This document shows, in pieces, positions 27,414 through 38,300 of a stretch of 64,000 nucleotides of DNA. A program made the translations under genes and the position numbers. Within the stretch, counting starts at the first letter, position 1; each line of letters opens with the position of its first letter. The DNA is from Bacteroidota bacterium (GTDB lineage Bacteria; Bacteroidota; Bacteroidia; SXHM01): positions 4,008 to 68,007 of the forward strand of contig CANJWH010000008.1 in NCBI GenBank assembly GCA_947478465.1, written 5' to 3'. Under the pieces are notes generated by a model. That model was not told the DNA's origin, did not search any database, and worked only from the letters and a program-made list of their open reading frames with translations.

Positions 27414-28889
27414 TTGTCATCACTTAAAAAACTTGCGGGACAAACCGCTATTTACGGGCTTAGCAGCATAGTAGGCAGGTTTCTTAATTATCTTCTTGTT
27501 CCTTTGCATACAGGTGTTTTCAGCACCGATCAGTTTGGAATTATTACAGAAATGTATGCATATGTTGCTTTTCTTGTAATACTACTTACATATGGAATGG
27601 AAACTGCTTTTTTTCGTTTCTCAACAAAGGAAAACGAGAACAAGGAAAAAGTTTATTCAACCATTATTTCTTCTCTTGTTTCCAGCACATTCTTATTCAT
27701 TGCATTGTCTTTTGTTTTTCAACATTCGGTTGCCGATTGGCTGCGATATCCAGACAACAGCGAATACGTTGTTTGGTTTGCAATTATTGTAGGGCTTGAT
27801 GCACTATCTTCCATTCCACTTGCTCGACTAAGACAGGAAAACAAAGCTTTTCGCTTTGCATTTATAAACTTAAGCAATGTGTTTGTAAATATTGCTCTCA
27901 ATCTTTTTTTTATTGGTTACTGTTTGCCAATGCACCAAGCAGGAAACAGCAATTTTATGATTGAAACTTTTTACAATCCTGAGATTGGTGTAGGCTATGT
28001 TTTCATTGCAAATCTTGTGGCAAGTATTTTCAAATTTCTGTTGCTTGCTCCTGAATTGCTGAAAGCACGTTATGGATTTGACAAGGCAATCCTTAAAGAA
28101 ATGCTGATATACTCCATGCCTTTGCTGATTGCAGGTTTGGCAGGAATTATCAACGAAACACTTGACCGGATTATGCTTAAACGTATGTTGTTTGATAAGA
28201 TGGGCGAAAAAGACACAATGAGTATTATTGGCATTTATGGTGCTAATTATAAGGTTTCAATAATCATTACGTTATTTATTCAAGCGTTTCGTTATGCGGC
28301 TGAACCATTCTTTTTCGCACAGGCAAAGCAAAAAGACCCGCACTTAATGTATGCCCGCATAATGAACTATTTTGTAATTGTTTGCGCCACCATTTTTTTA
28401 GGTGTAATGCTTTACATTGATATTCTGAAATATTTTATTCCGAATAAAGCATATTGGGTAGGTTTAAATGTGGTTCCAATACTTTTGCTTGCCAATGTTT
28501 TTCTTGGAATTTATTACAACCAAAGTGTATGGTATAAACTAACTGACAAAACACGTTATGGTGCGTTGTTAGCCATTTTTGGGGCTATAATAACTGTTAC
28601 GGTCAATTACTTTTTTATTCCGGAGTATAATTACATTGCATCAGCTTGGGCAACATTGGCCTGCTATGGAAGCATGATGGTTGCCTCTTATTTTCTGGGG
28701 CAGCATTTCTACCCTGTTCCTTACAATCTTGGAAAAATCTTCGGCTATATTATAGCTGCTCTATCTCTTTATTTTGCCAGCACAAAAATTCCAGATTTGG
28801 GAGAGTTGGTTCATTATTCACTGAACAGCCTGTTGATGCTGCTTTTCGTTGCAGGAATTTTCATCGTGGAACGACCCAAAAAAGTATAA
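27414..28889 (+). CDS. MOP-superfamily oligosaccharide/polysaccharide flippase (Wzx-like)
   Basis: 491 aa, about 12-14 hydrophobic spans. The N-terminal LAGQTAIYGLSSIVGRFLNYLLVPL pattern matches polysaccharide biosynthesis (flippase) proteins. Non-ATG start in the track. Confidence 0.7.
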   Translation: MSSLKKLAGQTAIYGLSSIVGRFLNYLLVPLHTGVFSTDQFGIITEMYAYVAFLVILLTYGMETAFFRFSTKENENKEKVYSTIISSLVSSTFLFIALSFVFQHSVADWLRYPDNSEYVVWFAIIVGLDALSSIPLARLRQENKAFRFAFINLSNVFVNIALNLFFIGYCLPMHQAGNSNFMIETFYNPEIGVGYVFIANLVASIFKFLLLAPELLKARYGFDKAILKEMLIYSMPLLIAGLAGIINETLDRIMLKRMLFDKMGEKDTMSIIGIYGANYKVSIIITLFIQAFRYAAEPFFFAQAKQKDPHLMYARIMNYFVIVCATIFLGVMLYIDILKYFIPNKAYWVGLNVVPILLLANVFLGIYYNQSVWYKLTDKTRYGALLAIFGAIITVTVNYFFIPEYNYIASAWATLACYGSMMVASYFLGQHFYPVPYNLGKIFGYIIAALSLYFASTKIPDLGELVHYSLNSLLMLLFVAGIFIVERPKKV

Positions 28890-28894
28890 ATTTG
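28887..28894 (+). promoter_or_regulatory. Putative -7 box TAAATTTG overlapping the flippase stop codon
   Basis: TAnnTTTG match 17 nt upstream of the dut ATG at 28911. Confidence 0.3.
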
Positions 28895-28910
28895 CAGACT
28901 TTTTAGAAAA

Positions 28911-29345
28911 ATGAAAATACGAATAGTAAACACCTCACAACATGAAGTTCCGGCATACGCCACAGTAGCTTCGGCAGGAATGGATTTGAGAGCAAATCTC
29001 TCTGAACCTGTTGTTTTAAAACCATTAGAACGCTCATTGGTTGCTACAGGTTTATTTATTGAATTACCAGTTGGATATGAAGCACAAATACGTCCGCGAA
29101 GCGGACTGGCCTTTAAAAAAGGTGTTACCGTTTTAAATTCACCGGGTACTATTGATGCAGATTACAGAGGAGAAGTAAAAGTTTTGTTGGTCAATCTTTC
29201 CAATGAAAATTTTACGATTGAAAATGGTGAGCGAATTGCACAAATGATAATTGCTGCACATGAAAAAGTAGAGTGGGAACAAGTAGAAACACTAGAAGAA
29301 ACGGTGAGAGGTGCCGGTGGTTTCGGGCACACAGGAGTAAAGTAA
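28911..29345 (+). CDS. dut: dUTP diphosphatase
   Basis: 144 aa. [25 protein letters not shown] and the C-terminal [10 protein letters not shown] are the canonical dUTPase motifs. Confidence 0.92.
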   Translation: MKIRIVNTSQHEVPAYATVASAGMDLRANLSEPVVLKPLERSLVATGLFIELPVGYEAQIRPRSGLAFKKGVTVLNSPGTIDADYRGEVKVLLVNLSNENFTIENGERIAQMIIAAHEKVEWEQVETLEETVRGAGGFGHTGVK

Positions 29346-29360
29346 ATTCAAAAAGAGAAT

Positions 29361-30368
29361 ATGAAAATAATAGTTCCAATGGCGGGAATGGGAAAACGGA
29401 TGCGCCCGCATACATTAACAATTCCTAAGCCTTTGCTGCCTATTGCCGGCAAACCAATTGTTCAGCGTTTGGTGGAAGATATCACCAAAATTGCCAACGA
29501 AAAAGTAGATGAAATTGCTTATATCATTGGTGAGAACTTTGGTGCAGAAACTGAAAAAAATCTGAAAGAAATTGCTGCAAGTCTTGGCGCAAAAGGAACA
29601 ATATATTATCAGGATGAAGCCTTGGGAACTGCCCATGCTATTCTTTGCGCTTCACCTTCACTAAACGGAAAAGTAATTGTTGCATTTGCCGACACACTTT
29701 TTAAAGCCGACTTTGTTTTGGAAGCCGAAAAAGATGGCATCATCTGGGTTCAAAAGATAGAAGACCCACGTGCTTTTGGTGTAGTTAAAGTAGATGCAAA
29801 TAATGTGATTACCGACTTTATTGAAAAGCCTGAAGTTTTTGTTTCTGATTTAGCAATCATTGGTATTTATTATTTTAAAGACGGTGCTTACCTGCGCAGT
29901 GAACTGCAATACCTTATTGATAACGACATAAAGGATAAAGGTGAATATCAGCTGACCAACGCATTGGAAAATATGAAGAAGAAAGGAACTAAGTTTTCTC
30001 CGGGCGCAGTTACAGAATGGTTGGATTGCGGAAATAAAGATGCAACTGTTTATACTAACAAACGCATTCTTGAATTTAACAAAAATCAGAACCTTGTTTC
30101 GGACAAAGCAGAGATAATTGAATCGGTAATTATTCAACCTTGCTATATTGGTGATAATGTAAAAATATCTGGATCTGTAATTGGCCCGTATGCTTCTATC
30201 AGCAAGGGAAGCGTTATAAAAGACAGCATTATTACAAACAGCATAATACAAGCATCTGCAAAAATTAAAAATTCGCACTTAGATAATTCAATGGTGGGAA
30301 ATAACGTTGAGTTAAACGGAACGGCACATCAGGTAAGTATTGGCGATTTCACAACTGTGAATAATTGA
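29361..30368 (+). CDS. Sugar-phosphate nucleotidyltransferase with C-terminal left-handed beta-helix
   Basis: 335 aa. N-terminal MAGMGKRMRPHTLTIPKPLLPIAGKP (GxGxR...KP motif). The C-terminal third has hexapeptide-like I/V periodicity. Confidence 0.75.
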   Translation: MKIIVPMAGMGKRMRPHTLTIPKPLLPIAGKPIVQRLVEDITKIANEKVDEIAYIIGENFGAETEKNLKEIAASLGAKGTIYYQDEALGTAHAILCASPSLNGKVIVAFADTLFKADFVLEAEKDGIIWVQKIEDPRAFGVVKVDANNVITDFIEKPEVFVSDLAIIGIYYFKDGAYLRSELQYLIDNDIKDKGEYQLTNALENMKKKGTKFSPGAVTEWLDCGNKDATVYTNKRILEFNKNQNLVSDKAEIIESVIIQPCYIGDNVKISGSVIGPYASISKGSVIKDSIITNSIIQASAKIKNSHLDNSMVGNNVELNGTAHQVSIGDFTTVNN

Positions 30369-30374
30369 AAGAAT

Positions 30375-32096
30375 TTGAGTTTGCGAACCAAAATATCAGC
30401 GCTTGCATTTTTCTTTCTTTTGTTAAGCGTTTCCGCTTTTGCACAAAAGAAAAACAAGAAAGGTCTTTCTGAGCAGGAAAAAATAAAAGCTGAAGGTATT
30501 TTTATTGATGCCAGCAAAGAAAGGTTGTTGGGTAACCCAGCCAATGCTGCTGAGTTATTTAGAGAATGCTTAAAAATTGACGCCAACAACGCTGCAGCAA
30601 TGTATGAGTTGGGAACAATTTATTTCAACGCCCGCAAAGATGATGAAGCAATTGCACTCATTACTGAGGCTATAAAAATTGATCCGAAAAACGAATGGTA
30701 TCGAATGTTATTGTCCGATATTTATTCTCAGTTAGGCAAAAATGAAGATGCCGCAAAAGTATTGGAGTCACTTGTAAATGACTACCCGAAAAAACCTGAG
30801 TTCCTATATGAATGGGCAACCGAATTACTGAAAGCAGGCAAGTATGAAGAGGCAATAAAAGTGTATAACCGCATTGAAGAAAATTTAGGCATTACTGAAG
30901 AAATTTCTATACAGAAACACAGCATTTACCTTAGCATGAAACAGGGTGAAAAGGCTGCTGATGAAATAAAGAAACTTATTGCTGCATTCCCTGAAAACTC
31001 CCGCTACTTAGGCATTCTTGCCGACCTTTATCTTTCATTGAATAAAAAAGATGAAGCTTTTGCACTCTATGAAAAAATGGAGAAGTTAAATCCTTCTGAC
31101 CCATTGTTGCATCTCTCACTCGCGAACTATTATCGTGAAAAAGGCGATAAAGAAAAATCATACCAGGAGTTGAAAAAAGCATTTCAAAATCCCGACCTTG
31201 ATATTGACACGAAAATAAATATTCTGCTTAGTTTTTATGTACTTACCGAGGTGAACAAAGAACTTACTTCCCAGGCATTGGAATTGACAGAAATATTAGT
31301 GAATGTTCATCCTAAAGAGGGAAAGGCCCATGCAATGCAAGCTGATTTTCTATTCCGCGAAGGCAAAATGAAAGAGGCGCAGGATGCTTTTCGTAAAACA
31401 ATACAACTAGACAACAGCAAATTTTTAGTGTGGAGTTCGCTTTTGCAAGTTGACTATAATTTAGGCGATTATGATGGTTTGCTAAAAGAGAGCAACGAGG
31501 CACTTGAACTTTTTCCAACACAAGCATTGGTTTATCTTTTCAATGGCATTGCTAATTTGCAAATGAAAAAATATGATGATGCTATCTCCATTTTAAATTC
31601 TGGAGTTGTGTATTCAAAAAAAGACAAACAACTTTCGTCACAATTTTATTCTTCATTGGGTGATGCCTATAACTTTCAGAAAAAACATACCGAGAGTGAT
31701 GCCGCTTATGAAAAAGCACTGGAAATTGACCCGACAAATTCTACCGTTTTGAACAACTATGCCTATTACCTTTCGCTTCGCAAAGAGAATATGGACAAAG
31801 CCGAATCCATGTCAAAAAAATCAAATGAACTGGAACCCAACAACGCATCGTTTGAAGATACTTACGGCTGGATAATGTATCAGCAAGGTAAGTTTGCCGA
31901 AGCCAAAGAGTGGATTGGCAAAGCCTTGAAATCAAGTGAAAAGCCAAGCGGTGTGGAATATGAACACTATGGTGATGCTCTTTGGCAACTAGGCGAAAAA
32001 GAAGCCGCCAAAGAATACTGGAACAAAGCTAAAGTTGCAGGTGGTGGTTCAGATTTGTTGGGGCGAAAGGTTGCTGAAGGCAAATTAGTTGAGTAA
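30375..32096 (+). CDS. TPR-repeat protein, secreted or periplasmic
   Basis: 573 aa. Signal-like ALAFFFLLLSVSAFAQ, then multiple 34-aa TPR-like units (A..Y..AL..DP.N). Confidence 0.7.
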   Translation: MSLRTKISALAFFFLLLSVSAFAQKKNKKGLSEQEKIKAEGIFIDASKERLLGNPANAAELFRECLKIDANNAAAMYELGTIYFNARKDDEAIALITEAIKIDPKNEWYRMLLSDIYSQLGKNEDAAKVLESLVNDYPKKPEFLYEWATELLKAGKYEEAIKVYNRIEENLGITEEISIQKHSIYLSMKQGEKAADEIKKLIAAFPENSRYLGILADLYLSLNKKDEAFALYEKMEKLNPSDPLLHLSLANYYREKGDKEKSYQELKKAFQNPDLDIDTKINILLSFYVLTEVNKELTSQALELTEILVNVHPKEGKAHAMQADFLFREGKMKEAQDAFRKTIQLDNSKFLVWSSLLQVDYNLGDYDGLLKESNEALELFPTQALVYLFNGIANLQMKKYDDAISILNSGVVYSKKDKQLSSQFYSSLGDAYNFQKKHTESDAAYEKALEIDPTNSTVLNNYAYYLSLRKENMDKAESMSKKSNELEPNNASFEDTYGWIMYQQGKFAEAKEWIGKALKSSEKPSGVEYEHYGDALWQLGEKEAAKEYWNKAKVAGGGSDLLGRKVAEGKLVE

Positions 32097-32348
32097 GTCT
32101 CTAATACCTTTTTTACATTTTAACTTTTGAAATTGTTAGTAACCTACACTATCAATTGTCAATATTCTTATCGAAAATTCCCTTGAAAGCCTTTATTGAT
32201 AAAGGAATAATAATTTTCGACAAACGACAACTATTTTATTTTTCATCCGTTAAACATCCGTTCAAAAATAAATGAACCTTATAATTTTCACTATCTCAGG
32301 AAAGATGTATTTTTAACCTGATTTTACAATAGTTGCAACCCGAAACCA

Positions 32349-35300
32349 ATGGAAAAACTTATACGCCCTATGAATACTATATTGAAAAGTGCAACCCTGT
32401 TGCTTGCAGTATTCCTTACTTCAATCAATTTTAACACAGTATCGGCCCAATGCCCATTGACCGTTTCTGCTACCATGACACCGGTTACATGCTTTGGCGG
32501 TAGTGACGGAACAATAACCATTACAGGAACCGGAGGCATTGCTCCTTATGACTTTGGTGTGGTTCAGGTACCTTCTATCTTCCTGACATTCACTGATAAT
32601 ATATTAACCCACACCTTTACCGGTTTGCCCGCAGGAAACTACATTGTGGTATTTGAATCAGACAATAGCGGTTGCGGGTCCACCCAGGTTTCTACAACAA
32701 TAACTATAACAGAACCGGCAGCAGGAGTAACAACTGCAATGTCATTCACACCTGTTTCGTGTAACGGAGGCACAAATGGAACAGCAACTGCAACACCATC
32801 GGGTGGAACTCCTGGCTATACATATCTCTGGTCGCCAAGCGGACAAACCACACAAACAGCTACGGGCTTATCAGCAGGTGTTCAAAACGTATTAATTACT
32901 GATGCACTTGGTTGTACAACCAATGGTACAGTTACTATTACTCAACCTGCAGGAATGAGCCAAAGCAGAATCGTTACTAATGTTTTGTGCTTCGGTCAAA
33001 GCAATGGTTCAATAGATTTATCAGTAAGCGGAGGAACAGCACCATATACTTACCTTTGGTCTAACGGTGCAACCACACAAGATATAGGTGGGCTTGCAGC
33101 AGGAAACTATTCGGTTGTAATTACTGATGCAAACAGCTGTACACTTAACTCGGGAACTATTACCGTTTCACAACCAACTATTCTTACTAGTTCCGAAACA
33201 CATGTGAATGTAAACTGTGCAGGATCTAATACCGGCTCTATTGATGTAACCGTTTCAGGCGGAACATCACCCTACACGTATTTATGGAATACCGGTCAAA
33301 CTACTCAGGATTTATCTGGCTTAGCACCAGGATTTTATTCAGTAAACATTATTGATGCCAACGGTTGCACCTCAACAAGAAGTGCAACCATTACGCAACT
33401 ATCTAATCTTAGTGTTTCATCCTTGATAACTGACGCTACCTGCGGAGCAAGTGATGGGGCAGTAAATGTTACTGTTTCAGGAGGCTCTGGCAATTATACT
33501 TACTCATGGTCACCCGGAGGAGCAACCACAGAAGACATCAGCGGTCTTAATGCAGCAGTTTATACAGTTACTGTTACGGATATAACATTGGGTTGCACAC
33601 AAACATTAGCAAACAATGTTCAGAACTCAGGCAATCCTAATATTACAGGTACAGTAACTAATGCAACAAATTGCAACGCTACTAATGGTGCAATTGACAT
33701 TACCGTTACAGGAGGATTGGGTAGCTATTCATATTTATGGTCACCAAGCGGGCAGATTACTCAAGACCGAATCAATCTTGCAGTAGGAAGCTATACTGTT
33801 ACTGTAACAGATAACACAACTGGTTGTATAGCCATTGCAACTTTTGCTGTATCATATAATAATGCAATGACGCTTACTGGTTCTGTAACCAACTCTAATT
33901 GCAGCAGCAACAGCGGTGCAGTTGATTTAACTGTAACAGGCGGAACTGCTCCTTTAACTTATCTGTGGAGCAACGGAGTAACAACACAAGACATAAGCAG
34001 CATTGGTGCCGGAGTGTATTCAGTTACCGTTACCGATGCCAATGGTTGCACCGCTAACAGCGTATTCCCTGTAAGCGGCTCAAATGGCATTACTGTTACC
34101 TCGGTTGAAACAGATATTACCTGTGCCGGAGCGGGTAACGGAAGTGTTAATCTTACGGTTTCAGGTGGTTCAGGAAACTACACTTATTCATGGTCAAATG
34201 GAGCAACAACACAAGATATCAGCAACCTTTCACCCGGAACCTACACCGTTTCCGTTACTGATGCTGTAAGTTTATGTTCTTCATTCTTATCATTTACCAT
34301 AACACAACCTTCAGGATATAACGGATTTGTTGATATTACACATGTAAGTTGCAATGGCGGAAGCAACGGAAGCATTGATCTTACAATTGCTGGCGCAACT
34401 CCTCCTTACTCTTATTCATGGTCACCTGGCGGTCAAACCACACAAGACCTAAGCGGGCTTAGTGTTGGAACTTATATAGTTACTATTACAGATGCTAACG
34501 GTTGCACCGCAGGAGCAGGGTTTACAATTACTCAACCTGCTGCAATATCTTTAACCGAAACTCACGTAAATGTTAGCTGTGCAGGTGGTGCAAATGGTTC
34601 TGTTAACCTGAGTGTATCAGGCGGAAGCGCACCATACAGTTATGGATGGAGCAACGGAGCAACAACACAAGACATTAGTGGACTTATTGCGGGATTCTAT
34701 AATGTTACCGTTACAGATGCCAATGGATGCTCATCAATCCTTAATGTTACCATAACTGAAATCTCAAACCTGACTATTAATATAGTTAGTGTTGTGAATT
34801 CTCAGTGTAATGCAAATACAGGCTCAATAGATATAACAATTACAGGAGGCTCAGGAAACTATACTTATTCATGGACGCCAGGATCTTTAACTACACAGGA
34901 TTTAACAGGACTTGCTCCAGGAACCTATAATGTTACAGTTACAGATGTTAATTTGGGTTGTGTTCAATCAACCGCTATCAATGTATCAGAAACAGGCGCT
35001 CCAAACGTTTCGGGAGTTGTAACTCCTGCTACCAATTGTGCGGCTACCAATGGAGCTATTGATATTACTGTTTCAGGAGGCTCAGGTAATTATTCCTACT
35101 TATGGTCACCGGGCGGGCAAACTACACAAGACCGCACATCACTTGCTCCGGGAACATATACCGTTACTGTTACAGATGTAACAACCGGATGCTCAGGACT
35201 CTTTAATTATACAGTTACAGCAGGAAGCGGAATATCACTTACGGCAAGTATTACAAACTCAAGCTGCAGCACAAGCACAGGCGCGATTGATTTAAGTGTA

Positions 35301-38300
35301 AGTGGAGGCACAGCTCCTTATACTTATTTATGGACCAACGGAGCAACTACCCAAGATATAAGTGGATTAGCAGGCGCTATTTATGGAGTAACTGTTACCG
35401 ATGCAAATGGATGCAGTTCAAATTCGTTCTTTACTGTAAGCGAAACCTCAGCATTTACACTTTCAGTTGCAATCACTAATATTAATTGTGCAGGAGGAAC
35501 CAATGGGGCTATTAACCTTACAGTTTCCGGAGGTTCAGGAAACTATACCTATACTTGGAGTAACGGAGCAACAACACAGGATTTATCATCCATTCCTGCA
35601 GGTTCATATTCAGTTAGCGTTACAGATGTAACAACTGGTTGTACTTCACTTGCAATTTATACTGTTACTGAGCCAACAACTATTACACTTTCTGCCAATG
35701 TAACCAATATTCCATGTAACGGAAGCGGAACAGGTTCTATTGACATTACTGTAGCTGGCGGAACTCCAACCTATACTTATTCATGGTCAAATGGAGCAAC
35801 AACACAAGACATCAGCGGACTTGCTTTAGGGACTTACACCCTGACTTTTTCTGACGCAAATGGCTGCGGTGGGGTTTATTCTTATACTGTCTCTCAACCA
35901 ACTTCTATAACTATTACCGAAACACATACAAACGTAACTTGTAACGGACTTAACAACGGAACTATTGATATAACCGTTTCAGGAGGAACTGCCCCATACA
36001 GTTATTTGTGGGCCCCAAGCGGACAGACAACACAAGACCGCACCGCTCTTGCACCTAATACATATACTGTAACAGTTACAGACATCAACGGATGTAATTC
36101 AAACTTATCGGTTACCATTACTCAACCTGCTGTTCTTACTGCATCAGAAACACATACTAATATAAACTGCTTCGGGGCAAACAACGGAGCAATTGATGTA
36201 ACGGTAAGCGGTGGCACAGGTCCTTTCACCTATTTATGGACACCAAGCGGACAAACTACACAAGACCGCGCAGGCCTTGCTCCTGGAACATATTCAGTAG
36301 CAATAACTGATGCAAACGGATGTACAACTTCAGTTAATAATGTAATAATCACTCAACCAGGGTCAGCACTTACTGCTTCTATTTCAGCCAGCGGCAATGT
36401 TACTTGCTTTGGACTATGTAATGGTACAGCAACTGTTAGTGCAAGTGGCGGAAGCGGTGGTTATACTTACTTATGGACACCGGGTGGACAAACTACACAA
36501 ACAGCTATTAACCTTTGTCCAAGCATTTACAACGTTACAGTAACTGATGCAAGTGGTTGTACTGCTGCTGCAACTGTAACAATTATTCAGCCTGCTGATT
36601 TAGTTGCTTCAGCTACAGGAACAGATGCAAGTTGCAACGGAGTTTGTGACGGAACTGCTATAGTTACCCAAGTTGGTGGAACAAGCCCTTTCACTTATTT
36701 CTGGTTGCCTACCGGACCAGCAACTAACACAGTAAATAATCTTTGTGCAGGAACTTTCCAGGTTGTTGTAACTGACTTTAATGGATGTGACGACACAGCT
36801 TCCGTTACCATTAACCAACCTGCTCCTATCACTTATACTTCAAGTGCAACACCGGTTCTTTGTAACGGTCAATGTAACGGAACTGCAACAGTTACTCCAA
36901 GCGGAGGATTTGTTCCATACACTTATCTGTGGAGTAATGGTCAAACTACTCAAACGGCTACCAATCTTTGCTTAGGTATCGTTACCTGCTTAATTACAGA
37001 TGCAAACGGGTGTTCAACAACTGCAACAGTTGCAGTTCCAAGTAACTCAGCTATTGTAATTGATGTTACTTCAAACGAACCAACCTGCAATGGAAGCTGT
37101 GATGGTTTTATAAACACAAGTATTTCAGGAGGTACGGGACCTTATACTTACTTATGGACACCTGGTGGTGAAACCACAAACTCAATAAATAATCTTTGTG
37201 CAGATACCTACACGCTTGCTGTTACCGATGCAAATGGTTGTCAGCAGGTAGTTGTTGTTATTCTTTCAGAACCTACACCGATTGTAATCACACCAAGCAC
37301 AACATCTGCAAGTTGTAATGGTGTTTGTGATGCTTCTGCAAGTGTTTCTGTATCAGGTGGCACTGCTGGCTATACCTACTTATGGTCTCCGGGCGGGCAA
37401 ACAACAAGTTCATTAAGCAATATCTGTGCAGGCTTCTATACAGTTACTGTAACAGATGCCAATGGTTGCCAGCAAACAGCTAATGTCAATGTTTCTGAGC
37501 CAACTGCTATAACCTTAACTACCAACGTTAATAATATCTCCTGCAACGGAAACACAGATGGTTCAATTGACTTGGTTGTTTCAGGCGGAACACCAGGCTA
37601 TACATACTTGTGGGATAGCGGACAAACTTCTCAAGACCTGAGCAATCTTACTCCGGGAACTTATTCAGTAACTGTAACTGATGCTAATAATTGTACAGCT
37701 ACTACTTCGATAACTATTACTGAACCCGGTATAGTTGATATGACTTACACTTCAACTCCTGCAACCTGCGGACAATGTGACGGAACAGCTACACTTTCAG
37801 TTATTGGTGGAACTGCTCCTTACACCTACTTGTGGGGAACAGGAGCCACTACCGCAACAGCAACCAATCTGTGTGCCGGTGTTTATCCTGTTTTTGTAAC
37901 AGATGCTAATGGTTGCACAGGCAGCTTTGCTGTTGCAATCAGCAACACAGGCGGGCCAGCTTCAGTTACAGTTTCAACAACCGATGCAAGCTGTTTTGGT
38001 ATATGCGATGGTTCTGCAACGGTTACAGGTGTAACAGGCGGAATTGCACCTTACAATTATCTGTGGGTACCGGGTGGAGCTACTACTACTTCATTGTCAG
38101 GATTGTGTTCAGGAACCTATTTTGTTCAGGTTTCCGATACTAACAACTGCACACTTACACAAACTGTTACCATTTCTGAGCCTTTAGAAATACAGGCAAA
38201 CGAAGTTGTTGTTACGGCTGATTGTGGAGTTTGTAACGGAAGTATAACACTTGCTCCTTCAGCAGGACAAGCTCCTTATACCTTCTTGTGGGGTGGTGGC

